This document shows positions 38,217-47,380 of a stretch of DNA of 64,000 bases, piece after piece. Position 1 is the stretch's first letter, and each line of letters opens with the position of its first letter. The translations under genes and the position numbers were made by a program. The stretch spans positions 28,320 to 92,319 of the forward strand of contig JBCCGN010000006.1 in the NCBI GenBank assembly GCA_039029255.1, read 5' to 3'. The DNA is from Pseudomonadota bacterium (GTDB lineage: Bacteria; Pseudomonadota; Alphaproteobacteria; Rhizobiales; Rhizobiaceae). Under the pieces are notes generated by a model. The model saw only the letters and a list, made by a program, of their open reading frames with translations, ran no database searches and was not told the origin of the DNA.

Positions 38217-39470
38217 CTAGTGTGCCACGGCTGCAGCGGCAGCTTCGTCTATCAGGCGACCGTTACGGAAACGTTCCAGGGTGAAGCCCGCGTTGATTTT
38301 GTGTGGCTCGTCCTTTGCGATTGTATGTGCAAATACATGACCGGAGCCCGGTGTCGCCTTAAAGCCGCCTGTGCCCCATCCGCAATTCACATACAGGCCT
38401 TTGACAGGTGTCTTGGCCAGAATCGGAGACCGGTCCGGTGTCACATCCACAATACCGCCCCAGGAGCGCAGCATTTTCATTCGGCTGAAAATCGGAAACA
38501 TTTCGCAGATCGCTTCAAGCGTGTGGGTAGAGATATGAATGCTGCCGGTCTGGGAGTATGAGGTGTACTGGTCAGTGCCAGCGCCAATCACCAGTTCACC
38601 CTTGTCTGATTGGGATATGTAGGCATGCACCGTATTTGACATCACCACGCAGGGAAAGATTGGCTTAACCGGCTCGGAAACCAATGCCTGAAGTGGAAAA
38701 CTCTCCAGTGGCATGCGTACGCCCGCCATGTCCATCAGGACTGAAGTGTGGCCTGCAGCAACGACGCCTACCTTTTTTGCTTTGATTGATCCGCGGCTGG
38801 TGTTGACACCGGTTACAGCACCGGAAGCGTCACGGTTGATGCCGGTGACTTCGCATTGCTGGATTATGTGAACGCCCATCGCCGCGGCTTTTCGGGCATA
38901 GCCCCAGGCAACTGCATCATGACGTGCCACACCACCCTTGCGCTGTAGCGCAGCTCCCATCACGGGGTAGCGGCTGGATTTGGATATGTTGAGCGGAGGA
39001 CAGTAAGCTTTTGCGTCTTCCGGTGACAGCCATGAGTTGTCCACGCCGTTCAGCCGGTTTGCATGCAGATGGCGCTGCGTCACCTGCACATCATGCACAT
39101 TGTGTGCCATCATCATCACGCCGCGCTGGGAGAACATCACATTGTAGTTCAATTCCTGGCTCAGGCCTTCCCACAATTTAACCGCATGATTGTACATGCC
39201 AGCGGACTCGTCATATAGATAATTTGACCTGATAATCGTTGTGTTGCGGCCCGTGTTGCCGCCACCAAGCCAGCCTTTTTCGAGTACCGCAATGTTGGTC
39301 ACTCCATGCTCTTTGGCCAGATAATATGCTGTGGCCAAACCATGCCCGCCTGCGCCTACAATGATAACATCGTATGACGATTTAGGCTCCGGATTTTGCC
39401 ATTGTTTTTCCCACCCCTTGTGGGCGCGGAAAGCTTCTCTTGCAACTGCGAATGCAGAAAACTTGCGCAT
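38217..39470 (-). CDS. soxB: sarcosine oxidase subunit beta
   Basis: [23 protein letters not shown] motif and 417 aa length. Confidence 0.93.
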   Translation of the reverse strand: MRKFSAFAVAREAFRAHKGWEKQWQNPEPKSSYDVIIVGAGGHGLATAYYLAKEHGVTNIAVLEKGWLGGGNTGRNTTIIRSNYLYDESAGMYNHAVKLWEGLSQELNYNVMFSQRGVMMMAHNVHDVQVTQRHLHANRLNGVDNSWLSPEDAKAYCPPLNISKSSRYPVMGAALQRKGGVARHDAVAWGYARKAAAMGVHIIQQCEVTGINRDASGAVTGVNTSRGSIKAKKVGVVAAGHTSVLMDMAGVRMPLESFPLQALVSEPVKPIFPCVVMSNTVHAYISQSDKGELVIGAGTDQYTSYSQTGSIHISTHTLEAICEMFPIFSRMKMLRSWGGIVDVTPDRSPILAKTPVKGLYVNCGWGTGGFKATPGSGHVFAHTIAKDEPHKINAGFTLERFRNGRLIDEAAAAAVAH

Positions 39471-39612
39471 GCTTGATCATCCCGATGGAATTTGGTGCAG
39501 CTACTTTAATATAGCACTATTGAGCTGCAATAAATTCCGTTTGTCGATTTTGTTTGCGACTTTTTGCGACGGGTGAAATGCCAATAGCGACCAAGCGCAT
39601 TGCACATCGTAA

Positions 39613-39641
39613 TTGACATTGCAGCCAATTCCCACTAATAC
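39613..39641 (+). promoter_or_regulatory. sigma-70-type promoter of rpmJ
   Basis: TTGACA (39613-18), a 17-nt spacer, then TAATAC (39636-41), about 100 nt upstream of the rpmJ ATG. Confidence 0.5.
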
Positions 39642-39742
39642 CCGCTAATCAATGGCGCGTCCGCTCATAAAGCTGGCGCGTTAATTATTGGAAGAGCCCG
39701 CAAAAGAAGGTCTCGTAACCCCTTAAGTACGGAAATAGTACC

Positions 39743-39868
39743 ATGAAAATCAGAAATTCGTTGAAGTCCCTGAAGGGTCGTCATCGCGCAAACCGGGTTG
39801 TTCGCCGACGCGGTCGCGTTTATGTAATCAACAAGCAAAACCCACGCTTTAAGGCTCGTCAGGGCTGA
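39743..39868 (+). CDS. rpmJ: 50S ribosomal protein L36 (non-zinc type)
   Basis: Hand-translated 41 aa: [41 protein letters not shown]. It is absent from the ORF track because it is under 60 aa. Confidence 0.9.
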   Translation: MKIRNSLKSLKGRHRANRVVRRRGRVYVINKQNPRFKARQG

Positions 39869-39892
39869 CCTCGAGGGTTATTGCAGGAACAA

Positions 39893-39920
39893 ACGGCCGC
39901 ATTTTGCGGCCGTTTTCTTT
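39893..39920 (+). terminator. rho-independent terminator of rpmJ
   Basis: ACGGCCGCA-ttt-TGCGGCCGT (9-bp perfect stem) followed by TTTCTTT. Confidence 0.85.
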
Positions 39921-39975
39921 GAATATCACAAAATTGCGTGTTTGACGTTTTCAAAAGCTGCGATAGGTTTTGAAG

Positions 39976-40605
39976 ATGATCAGAATCACTCAGCTTCTTT
40001 TCGTATTGTTGTTGCTTGTTTGTTTACCGCTTGCCGGGAATGCGCAGGAGGTGGCACCGCCTGACGAGGTGGAACAAACAGAACCCATCCTGCCTCCTGA
40101 AGATGATCAGGCAGTTGCAGAAACAACCGATACACTTGATCGGCTTTTCGAAAAGCTCCGCAAAGACCCCAAGGCCAGTTCTGCCGGTGCAACAGCGCGT
40201 ATGATTTGGCGGGAATGGTCGGTTTCGGGTTCGAAAAGCATAGACCTGCTGATGAGCTGGGCGATCGTAGCTATGGGACGCCAGGAATTCGCCAGAGCTC
40301 AGGACTTGCTTGATCAGGTTGTGGTTCTTGCACCGGATTATGCCGAAGGCTGGAACCGCCGCGCTACCCTTTATTACACCATTGATGATTTCAGCCGGTC
40401 AATTGCGGACATTGAGACCACGTTGGCCCTTGAACCCAGGCACTTTGGCGCTTTGTCTGGTTTGGCAGTGATTATGCAACGGGTTGGCAACGAGCAAGCC
40501 GCACTCAAAACCTGGTACAAGGTTCTGGAGATTTACCCCGCCAATCCCCAGGCTCAACAATCCGTCATCAATCTTGAAGAAAAACTGGCAGGCAGCCGAA
40601 CCTGA
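39976..40605 (+). CDS. secreted tetratricopeptide-repeat protein
   Basis: Signal peptide plus TPR-like helices (AEGWNRRATLYYTIDDFSRSIADIETTLALEPRHFGAL). Confidence 0.75.
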   Translation: MIRITQLLFVLLLLVCLPLAGNAQEVAPPDEVEQTEPILPPEDDQAVAETTDTLDRLFEKLRKDPKASSAGATARMIWREWSVSGSKSIDLLMSWAIVAMGRQEFARAQDLLDQVVVLAPDYAEGWNRRATLYYTIDDFSRSIADIETTLALEPRHFGALSGLAVIMQRVGNEQAALKTWYKVLEIYPANPQAQQSVINLEEKLAGSRT

Positions 40606-40644
40606 TTCCGCTTTCCCTGCGTTTCTCCAGCAGGAGATTCCACT

Positions 40645-41637
40645 ATGACGATTTTTAAGATACTCGCGATGTTTCTGCTTTTTGCCGTGCTGGGACTTTG
40701 GATAACCACGCGGATCATCGTCCGGGATATTGAGAGAGAGTTCCCGCCGATTGGCGATTTCATGATCGTCAATGGCAATCGGATGCATTTTGTAGATACC
40801 GGAGCCATTGATGACAAGTCGAAGCCGGTTGTTGTTTTCATCCATGGTGCGAGTGGAAATCTGCGTGATGGGATGACGGTGTATCGACCTCTGTTGAAGG
40901 GCAAACTGAGAGCTGTTTTTGTAGACAGGCCGGGCCATGGATATTCGGACCCGTTTGACGGGTCGAACAATCCCAAGATGCAAGCGGGGGCAATTGCTAA
41001 TCTGCTTGATCAACTTGGTATCGGGAAGGCCATTATCGTCGGTCATTCTTTTGGAGGAGTGGTTACCGGCGCGTTCGGTGTGCTTCACCCCGAAAAGACG
41101 GCAGGCCTGGTATTTCTGGCACCGGTTACGCACCCGTGGTATACTGGTGTTGACTGGCACTACGATGTGGGAAACATCCCTGTGCTTGGCTGGTTGTTCT
41201 CCAATATCCTCGCCACTCCTGCAGGAAGCCTAGTTTATCCTTCAGCCGTTGAAAACGTATTTCACCCGGACAGCATGCCTGCTGATTACAGAGAAACTTC
41301 CGGCACCAGACTTGTGCTGCGGCCGCGCAATTTTCTGGAAAATGCCAAAGATGTTGCGAGGGTCCATAACCATGTTGAGGAATTCAGCCAACGATATGCG
41401 GAGATTACGGCTCCCACCGTAATCTATCATGGTGACAAGGATGATATAGTCAGCCTCGAAATTCATTCGATTAACGGGCTTTCAAAGCAGATAGAAGGTT
41501 CGAAACTGAATATTCTGAAAGGGGTTGGACACAAACCGGACTATGTTGCAGCCGAGCGGATCGTCAAAGATCTACTGGCCATTGCCAACGGATCAGATGC
41601 CGGAGCGTCCATCGCTGCCGACAAAGGCAATTCTTAG
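40645..41637 (+). CDS. alpha/beta hydrolase fold protein, membrane-anchored
   Basis: N-terminal TM, VVFIHGASGN and IIVGHSFGG motifs. Confidence 0.85.
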   Translation: MTIFKILAMFLLFAVLGLWITTRIIVRDIEREFPPIGDFMIVNGNRMHFVDTGAIDDKSKPVVVFIHGASGNLRDGMTVYRPLLKGKLRAVFVDRPGHGYSDPFDGSNNPKMQAGAIANLLDQLGIGKAIIVGHSFGGVVTGAFGVLHPEKTAGLVFLAPVTHPWYTGVDWHYDVGNIPVLGWLFSNILATPAGSLVYPSAVENVFHPDSMPADYRETSGTRLVLRPRNFLENAKDVARVHNHVEEFSQRYAEITAPTVIYHGDKDDIVSLEIHSINGLSKQIEGSKLNILKGVGHKPDYVAAERIVKDLLAIANGSDAGASIAADKGNS

Positions 41638-43032
41638 CATGTTGGTAGCACCCGGAGTCCTGAGCGGTACGCCTGCTGTAATAATCACCCGATCACCGGG
41701 TTTTGCATATTCTTCCTGTGACGCAATTCTGCACGCTCTGTCGACCATGTCATCAAGGTCATAGGCATCTGGTGTGACCACACAATGCGTACCCCACACG
41801 ATGGAAAGACGTCTGGCAGTTTTCAATACCGGTGAAAGGGCAATGATCGGCATGCGTGGGCGTTCCCGCGCAGCTCGAAGTCCTGTTGTGCCTGACGCGG
41901 TATAACAGATAATTGCAGACAGATTGAGGGTTTCCGCAATTTGCCTTGCCGCAAGGGAGATAGCATCAGCCCCAGTGGGTTCGGGTTCTGCACGCTGGGC
42001 ATTGATGATGCTCGGATAGGTCGGGTCCTGCTCTATTTCGCCTGCAATTTTATCCATCATTGATACAGCTTCGACAGGATAGTCTCCAACCGCCGATTCT
42101 GCGGAAAGCATGATCGCATCGGCACCTTCAAAAACCGCTGTACCGACATCAGATACTTCAGCGCGGGTCGGAAACGGAGTAGAAATCATCGACTCAAGCA
42201 TCTGGGTTGCAACCACAACGGGCTTGCCTGCGCGACGGCAAGCTCGGGTAATCTGTTTCTGAATTCCTGGAACACGTTCTATTGGCAGCTCAACGCCCAG
42301 ATCTCCCCGTGCAACCATGATTGCATCTGAGAGCTCAATAATGTCGTCGAGACGGTTGATTGCCTGTGGCTTCTCGATTTTGGCCAGTACGCCCGCTTTT
42401 CCCTTTGCGATTTTCCGAACTTCCGCGACATCTTCGGCCCGTTGCACAAACGAAACCGCGATCCAGTCAACGTTTTCCTCAAGGGCCGCATCAAGGTCCT
42501 TGTAATCCTTGTCTGTAAGGGAACCGACGCCCAATTCAGTGTCAGGAAGACTGACGCCTTTTCGGCTTGAAATTTTTGATCCGTTGATCACCTCTGCCAG
42601 GGCGGAAGTTGGAGTTTCATCAACAACCTTCAGTTGCACCTTTCCGTCATCAACCAGAATTCTGTCGCCTATCTCCAGAGCTTCAAGAATTTCGGGGTGG
42701 GGAAGGTTAATTCGGGATTTTGTACCAAGTGCCTTGTCGAGATCGAGGGAGATTTTGTCTCCGGGGTTCACCTCGATATGGTCGTCTGCGAAATCCCCCA
42801 GGCGAAGTTTTGGCCCCTGAAGGTCTGCAAGTATTCCTATCGGCCTTCCCACTGTTTCTTCCACCGACCTGATATCTGCCACCAGATCCTTGAGAGTTTC
42901 GTGGGAAGAATGGCTCATGTTTATGCGGAACAAATCTGTCCCGGCCTCAACCAGCTTGAGAATCATGTCACGATTGCTGCTTGCTGGACCGAGGGTAGCC
43001 AGTATTTTGGTTCGGCGATTTCGATATGTCAT
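41593..43032 (-). CDS. pyk: pyruvate kinase
   Basis: RRTKILATLGPAS...MVARGDLGVE...ATQMLESM motifs. Confidence 0.95.
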   Translation of the reverse strand: MTYRNRRTKILATLGPASSNRDMILKLVEAGTDLFRINMSHSSHETLKDLVADIRSVEETVGRPIGILADLQGPKLRLGDFADDHIEVNPGDKISLDLDKALGTKSRINLPHPEILEALEIGDRILVDDGKVQLKVVDETPTSALAEVINGSKISSRKGVSLPDTELGVGSLTDKDYKDLDAALEENVDWIAVSFVQRAEDVAEVRKIAKGKAGVLAKIEKPQAINRLDDIIELSDAIMVARGDLGVELPIERVPGIQKQITRACRRAGKPVVVATQMLESMISTPFPTRAEVSDVGTAVFEGADAIMLSAESAVGDYPVEAVSMMDKIAGEIEQDPTYPSIINAQRAEPEPTGADAISLAARQIAETLNLSAIICYTASGTTGLRAARERPRMPIIALSPVLKTARRLSIVWGTHCVVTPDAYDLDDMVDRACRIASQEEYAKPGDRVIITAGVPLRTPGATNMLRIAFVGSDGRSGI

Positions 43033-43532
43033 TGAGCTGGGGCTGATTGAGACTGTTCGGTAAGTCGTACCATCCAGCTGTTTCTATTGCCAGTATCGAT
43101 CTCGAAGAAACCCGTTTTGATGTGGCCGCGCCTGAAACAGTCATCCACACCTTCGATCCTGAACTCACGATCGTTGGTACACATGAAGACATCGCCAAGC
43201 CATTGGCCGCCCTTGTCGGCGTCCTCGGCGTAAATGTAATAAAATCGGGAAGACAGATCACCCTCTATGAGTGAGTTACAGGTCTCAGCTTGTATCTGAA
43301 ACCAGCCTTCCGAAATCCAGGTTCCTTCCCGGCGGTAGCCAAGAGCTGCGCCCACAAGGCTTTTGGTGTCATTGCAAATCCGAAAGTCCGCATTTGCCGG
43401 TGCGACAGAAATCAGATTTCCGGCAATCGATAAATTGCCCAGCAAGGTGAAGATCAATAACAATCTAAGAGGCTTGATACCCTTTATCATCGTAAAGAAC
43501 GTGCTCGCATCAGAAGGATAATTCCATGTCAC
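43029..43532 (-). CDS. DUF1036 domain protein
   Basis: Signal or TM segment followed by FRICNDT...EGWF...C...FYYYA...C pattern. The stop overlaps the pyk ATG (ATGA). Confidence 0.8.
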   Translation of the reverse strand: MTWNYPSDASTFFTMIKGIKPLRLLLIFTLLGNLSIAGNLISVAPANADFRICNDTKSLVGAALGYRREGTWISEGWFQIQAETCNSLIEGDLSSRFYYIYAEDADKGGQWLGDVFMCTNDREFRIEGVDDCFRRGHIKTGFFEIDTGNRNSWMVRLTEQSQSAPAQ

Positions 43533-43571
43533 TTCATCGCTTAACCGTAGATTCGTGTCAATATTACGAAA

Positions 43572-44501
43572 TCAGGGTGAATTTACTCTGGGGCGCGAGA
43601 TCCAGACCCCCAACAGGATGAGTGTGCTGCCCACCCACTGTAACGCGCTCATCGTTTCGTTGAAGATCAGCCAGCCAAAAAACGCTGCCGCGATGGCTTC
43701 AATAAAAATAACAAGAGAAGAAAAGACTGCTGTAAGTACGCCCATGGCAATTGTTACCAGTCCCTGACCTCCGGCATGGGTCACTACACCAAGCGAAATC
43801 AGGGAAAGCCAGCCATTGGTTGAGTGAGGCCAGAATGATCCGCCCGCAACCAAAGCGACTACCAACAGGATTATCGTGGTAAAGACCGTAGATTTCCAGA
43901 ACACGGCACCGCTCGAAGTATCCTTCCGGGCAAACCGAATAGCCATAAAATATGCTCCCAGAAAGAACGACGTGATAATTCCATAGACATCGCCAACCAG
44001 CCTTGCTTTTTCAATTTGAAAGCTGGAGCCGATAAGAAGCATTAACCCGATTATACAAATTAAAAGGCCTGCGAGTGCTTTCGGGCTGGTTCTTTCGCCG
44101 AGTACACGAGGTGAGAGAACCGCAACCCAAACCGGTGCAAGACAAACCATAAAGGTGGCATTTGCCATCGTTGTATGGAGGATCGCCAGATGCCAGAAGA
44201 CGAGATCGCCGGCAAAGAAAAATCCAGCTAAAACAACAGGCTTCATTGCCGGTATTTTTGATCCGGTGTGAGGTTTTTCAAACCGTGCCCATAAATAAAG
44301 AAGTGGCAACGCAAAGAGGACCCGCCAGAACGCGCTGGCAAAAGCATCCACTTCCGCTTCGCGAACGAAAACCGGAGAAAATCCCATTATCAATCCGCCG
44401 ATGAGGAGCGCAAGCAATGCTGCAAGAAATGGCATGGAAAGTTTCCCGGGTGTGAAATCAAAAAGCGCAGGTGAATTGTTTGACATGTTTGAAATTCGCA
44501 T
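43572..44501 (-). CDS. DMT superfamily (EamA-like) transporter
   Basis: 10-TM profile with a duplicated EamA-like architecture. Confidence 0.85.
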   Translation of the reverse strand: MRISNMSNNSPALFDFTPGKLSMPFLAALLALLIGGLIMGFSPVFVREAEVDAFASAFWRVLFALPLLYLWARFEKPHTGSKIPAMKPVVLAGFFFAGDLVFWHLAILHTTMANATFMVCLAPVWVAVLSPRVLGERTSPKALAGLLICIIGLMLLIGSSFQIEKARLVGDVYGIITSFFLGAYFMAIRFARKDTSSGAVFWKSTVFTTIILLVVALVAGGSFWPHSTNGWLSLISLGVVTHAGGQGLVTIAMGVLTAVFSSLVIFIEAIAAAFFGWLIFNETMSALQWVGSTLILLGVWISRPRVNSP

Positions 44502-44589
44502 GCAGCAAAAATATATGGAGAAAAATAGATTGCCTTTCTAAATGGCTTTAAGCCGTATATCGTTTCGAATGTTATCAAAGGTCAGGAAT

Positions 44590-44883
44590 ATGGACGAGAA
44601 AACCAGAACAGAACTTGAAGCTGCTGCATTTCGCAGACTGGTTTCCCATCTGCAGGATCGAACCGATGTCCAGAACATCGATCTTATGAACATGGCGGGT
44701 TTCTGCCGTAACTGCCTTTCCAACTGGTATCAGGAAGCAGCCACTGAAGTCGGCCTCGATATGGATAAGCCACAAGCGAGAGAGATCGTTTATGGCATGC
44801 CTTATCCCGAGTGGAAGGAAAAATACCAGACCGAGGCTACTGATGCACAGAAGGCAAAATTTGAAGCCGGTCAAAAACACTGA
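44590..44883 (+). CDS. DUF1244 family protein
   Basis: ELEAAAFRRLVSHLQDRTDVQNIDLMNMAGFCRNCLSNWY. ATG 44590 has an AGGA SD. Confidence 0.8.
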   Translation: MDEKTRTELEAAAFRRLVSHLQDRTDVQNIDLMNMAGFCRNCLSNWYQEAATEVGLDMDKPQAREIVYGMPYPEWKEKYQTEATDAQKAKFEAGQKH

Positions 44884-44919
44884 ACACAATATATAACTGC
44901 GGTTTAAGGAGTAATTTGC

Positions 44920-45198
44920 ATGGTTGATGCAATGGTGGCACGCGAACAATTGCGCTCGATAGTTGAACGGGTAGAGCGGCTGGAAGAAGAAAAGAAGGCA
45001 ATTTCTGATGATATCCGGGATATCTATGCGGAGGCAAAAGCAAACGGTTTTGATACCAAGGTATTGAGGCAGGTTGTGCGCTTGCGCAAGCAGGACCTTA
45101 CTGAAAGACAGGAAATGGATGCCGTGCGTGATCTTTATCTTCAGGCGTTGGGTATGCTGCCCGACTTCGAACCGGAAACCGCCAACCCATCTGAGTGA
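44920..45198 (+). CDS. gapR: GapR-like nucleoid-associated protein (DUF2312/UPF0335)
   Basis: [47 protein letters not shown]. Confidence 0.85.
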   Translation: MVDAMVAREQLRSIVERVERLEEEKKAISDDIRDIYAEAKANGFDTKVLRQVVRLRKQDLTERQEMDAVRDLYLQALGMLPDFEPETANPSE

Positions 45199-45243
45199 CC
45201 ATTTCAACTAGTTCGTGAAGCGGACTTGAGTGCTCTGACAGTC

Positions 45244-47181
45244 TTATTCTGATGTGTTGAAGCCGGAAAATCCGGAGAAGGTACCAGAAAAGTGTCTGGT
45301 GGTCTGCCTTGACAATCCTTGGGTGAACCCGCTGGAAATTTCTCCACCCGGTAGTTCGAGGAGAATATTATGCGCCAGTGCGGGCCGCTTGATTTCCGCG
45401 ATATCGGTGATTGATGCATTGGAAGCCAGGGCCCATCTTCCGACAAGCCGTTCATTGACGCTGATGCTCTCGAGGCTCTCAAGTCTTCTGACAAACTCTT
45501 CATCTTCAGATCTGGCCGCTACCAGTATTGGACGCTTAGCTTTCGTCGGAATTGGGATTGAGAATCCAAGAGTATCAGAGTTTATGCCGCTATCAACCGA
45601 TTGGGTTGCGCCGGTTTTTATGCTTTCCAGTCCATTTTGCTGCAGTGCCGCAATTTCAGTTGTTGCTTCGGAGCTTGCATCGCGCGGCGCAATTTCGGGA
45701 ACTGCCAAAACATTGGTGGTTTTGATGCCCGGTTCCAGCGGTTCGAGCGCTGCGAATTGGCGATCAATTATCGTTTCGGCAATCCGACTTTGGTCGTCCG
45801 AGGGAACAAGACTGAGTTTGGTCGTTGATGAAGTATTGGAGAACTCACTTGTTACTCTTGTGGTAGACCGTGAACTGTCGACAGGATAATTGTTCTCATT
45901 GATTACTTCGTAGACCTGACGGCGCAAGTCTTCAATTTCCACCGGCGACAAGGCCGCAACAAAAACAGGCTGCTCTTCATTCAATGGATCGGTAGGTGAC
46001 TCAACGGGTTCTGAAGGCACGTAGACATAGTCTGCAGGCCGTTTTTCAGGCAGCGGTATGTCCAGTTCCCAAACGTAATCGGGAATACTGTAATCTGCAG
46101 TCTCGACATAAAAGGCGTCCTCAGACTGTGGTGTTATCAACTCGCCATCCGCTTGCTGTTCAAGCGAAGCGGTTTCAAATCCCGGAACGGGCGTTCCTGC
46201 AGGAATTTGTGTGTCTCTTGGCGCAAGCACCGGAATCGGGATTACGTCAATAGGTAATTCGGCAATTGTAAACTCAGGTGCGATTTCCGGGTTTTCAGGT
46301 TCCTGTAAACCGGGTCTTGGTGTGGGTGTGGTGAGTATGACACCCGGGTCTGACTGGGTTGCCAGATCACCAGTAGCCGGCGCCGGTGTGTCTGCAGCAC
46401 CCCCACCAAGCAGCTTTTCAAAGAAGTTTGGTTCCTCTTCGATTTCGTCTGCTTGTGCCACAACAATGTCACCCTGGCTCTTCACCTTTCGCTGATATTC
46501 GGCTTTTGCCTGATGATATTTTGCCAGCGGTTTGCCATCTCTGGGGAGATGCAATGTTTTTCCGCCCGGGAAAACCCGTGCCAGCTCGTTGCGCTTCATG
46601 CGTGGCCAGTGACGCACCGACCCGGTGTCCATGTGAACGAAGGGAGACCTGTTTTTTGGATAGTAACCGACGCCGCCCAGACCGACTTTAAGCCCGATAT
46701 TTCTGAGTTTTTTCAGCTTTACGCCTGGAATGAAAAAGTCAAGCGCCTTGCCATGAGTGTGGAGGCTTTTCTTTGCAACACCGCGCCCACGCTTTCTCAG
46801 CAAGCTGTTCGTCGCAGGTGAACGATAGCCGGAAACAACATGAATGTATTTCTTGGAGCCCGTTTCCTTGTAGACGTCCCAGATAAGATCAAGCAGCCGC
46901 GGGTCCATTTTGGTGGCTTCGTCCCGACGCCAATCGCGCAACAATTTATTGATCTTGGTAAGACCGCTGTCGATGAATTTGCCATCTTTCTTGTAGGTGA
47001 TGGTAGCCTTTTCCCCGGTATGCAGAAAATAGAGCTTAAGCTTGCGCGTTTCTGCGGCTCCAGGAACGGTGAGAGCGAGCAGGAAACCGATGGTAACCAG
47101 AACTCGCCAAAAGCTGGCAGAAACCGGCGATTCAGATGCGTACAAGCGCTGATTGTCGATACCAATTGCCAATTTTACCAA
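45244..47181 (-). CDS. DUF882 (peptidase M15A, YcbK/MepK-like) protein with a long C-terminal extension
   Basis: LKLYFLHTGE...VVSGYRSPATN...HTHGKALDF...FVHMDTG in the first ~200 aa, then ~440 aa of low-complexity P/E/S/T-rich sequence. Confidence 0.8.
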   Translation of the reverse strand: MVKLAIGIDNQRLYASESPVSASFWRVLVTIGFLLALTVPGAAETRKLKLYFLHTGEKATITYKKDGKFIDSGLTKINKLLRDWRRDEATKMDPRLLDLIWDVYKETGSKKYIHVVSGYRSPATNSLLRKRGRGVAKKSLHTHGKALDFFIPGVKLKKLRNIGLKVGLGGVGYYPKNRSPFVHMDTGSVRHWPRMKRNELARVFPGGKTLHLPRDGKPLAKYHQAKAEYQRKVKSQGDIVVAQADEIEEEPNFFEKLLGGGAADTPAPATGDLATQSDPGVILTTPTPRPGLQEPENPEIAPEFTIAELPIDVIPIPVLAPRDTQIPAGTPVPGFETASLEQQADGELITPQSEDAFYVETADYSIPDYVWELDIPLPEKRPADYVYVPSEPVESPTDPLNEEQPVFVAALSPVEIEDLRRQVYEVINENNYPVDSSRSTTRVTSEFSNTSSTTKLSLVPSDDQSRIAETIIDRQFAALEPLEPGIKTTNVLAVPEIAPRDASSEATTEIAALQQNGLESIKTGATQSVDSGINSDTLGFSIPIPTKAKRPILVAARSEDEEFVRRLESLESISVNERLVGRWALASNASITDIAEIKRPALAHNILLELPGGEISSGFTQGLSRQTTRHFSGTFSGFSGFNTSE

Positions 47182-47380
47182 GCCTAAAATTGCCCCAAAT
47201 CCGGGACTGGAAAAACATTATACCAGCACCCTTATGGTTAATATGTCTTAACAAAACATATAAACCAGAAAAATTCCCTTTCTGGAAGATAATCTGAATT
47301 AAGGTGGAAGAATGGCAGGGTTCTCTGGTGCCGCTGTTTTCGGTTAACCAAATCCTAATGCCTGCTCAATTCGAGGTGGT

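Noticed and set aside
41117-41132. Sigma-54-like TGGCAC-N5-ACGCA with correct GG/GC spacing. Other TGGCAC occurrences are at about 1964, 4786, 44947 and 63660.
   Set aside because: All lie inside coding sequences or have the wrong -24/-12 spacing. None is positioned upstream of a gene start.
47238-47252. CtrA-like site TTAA-TATGTC-TTAAC upstream of the DUF882 gene.
   Set aside because: The spacer is 6 nt rather than the required 7.
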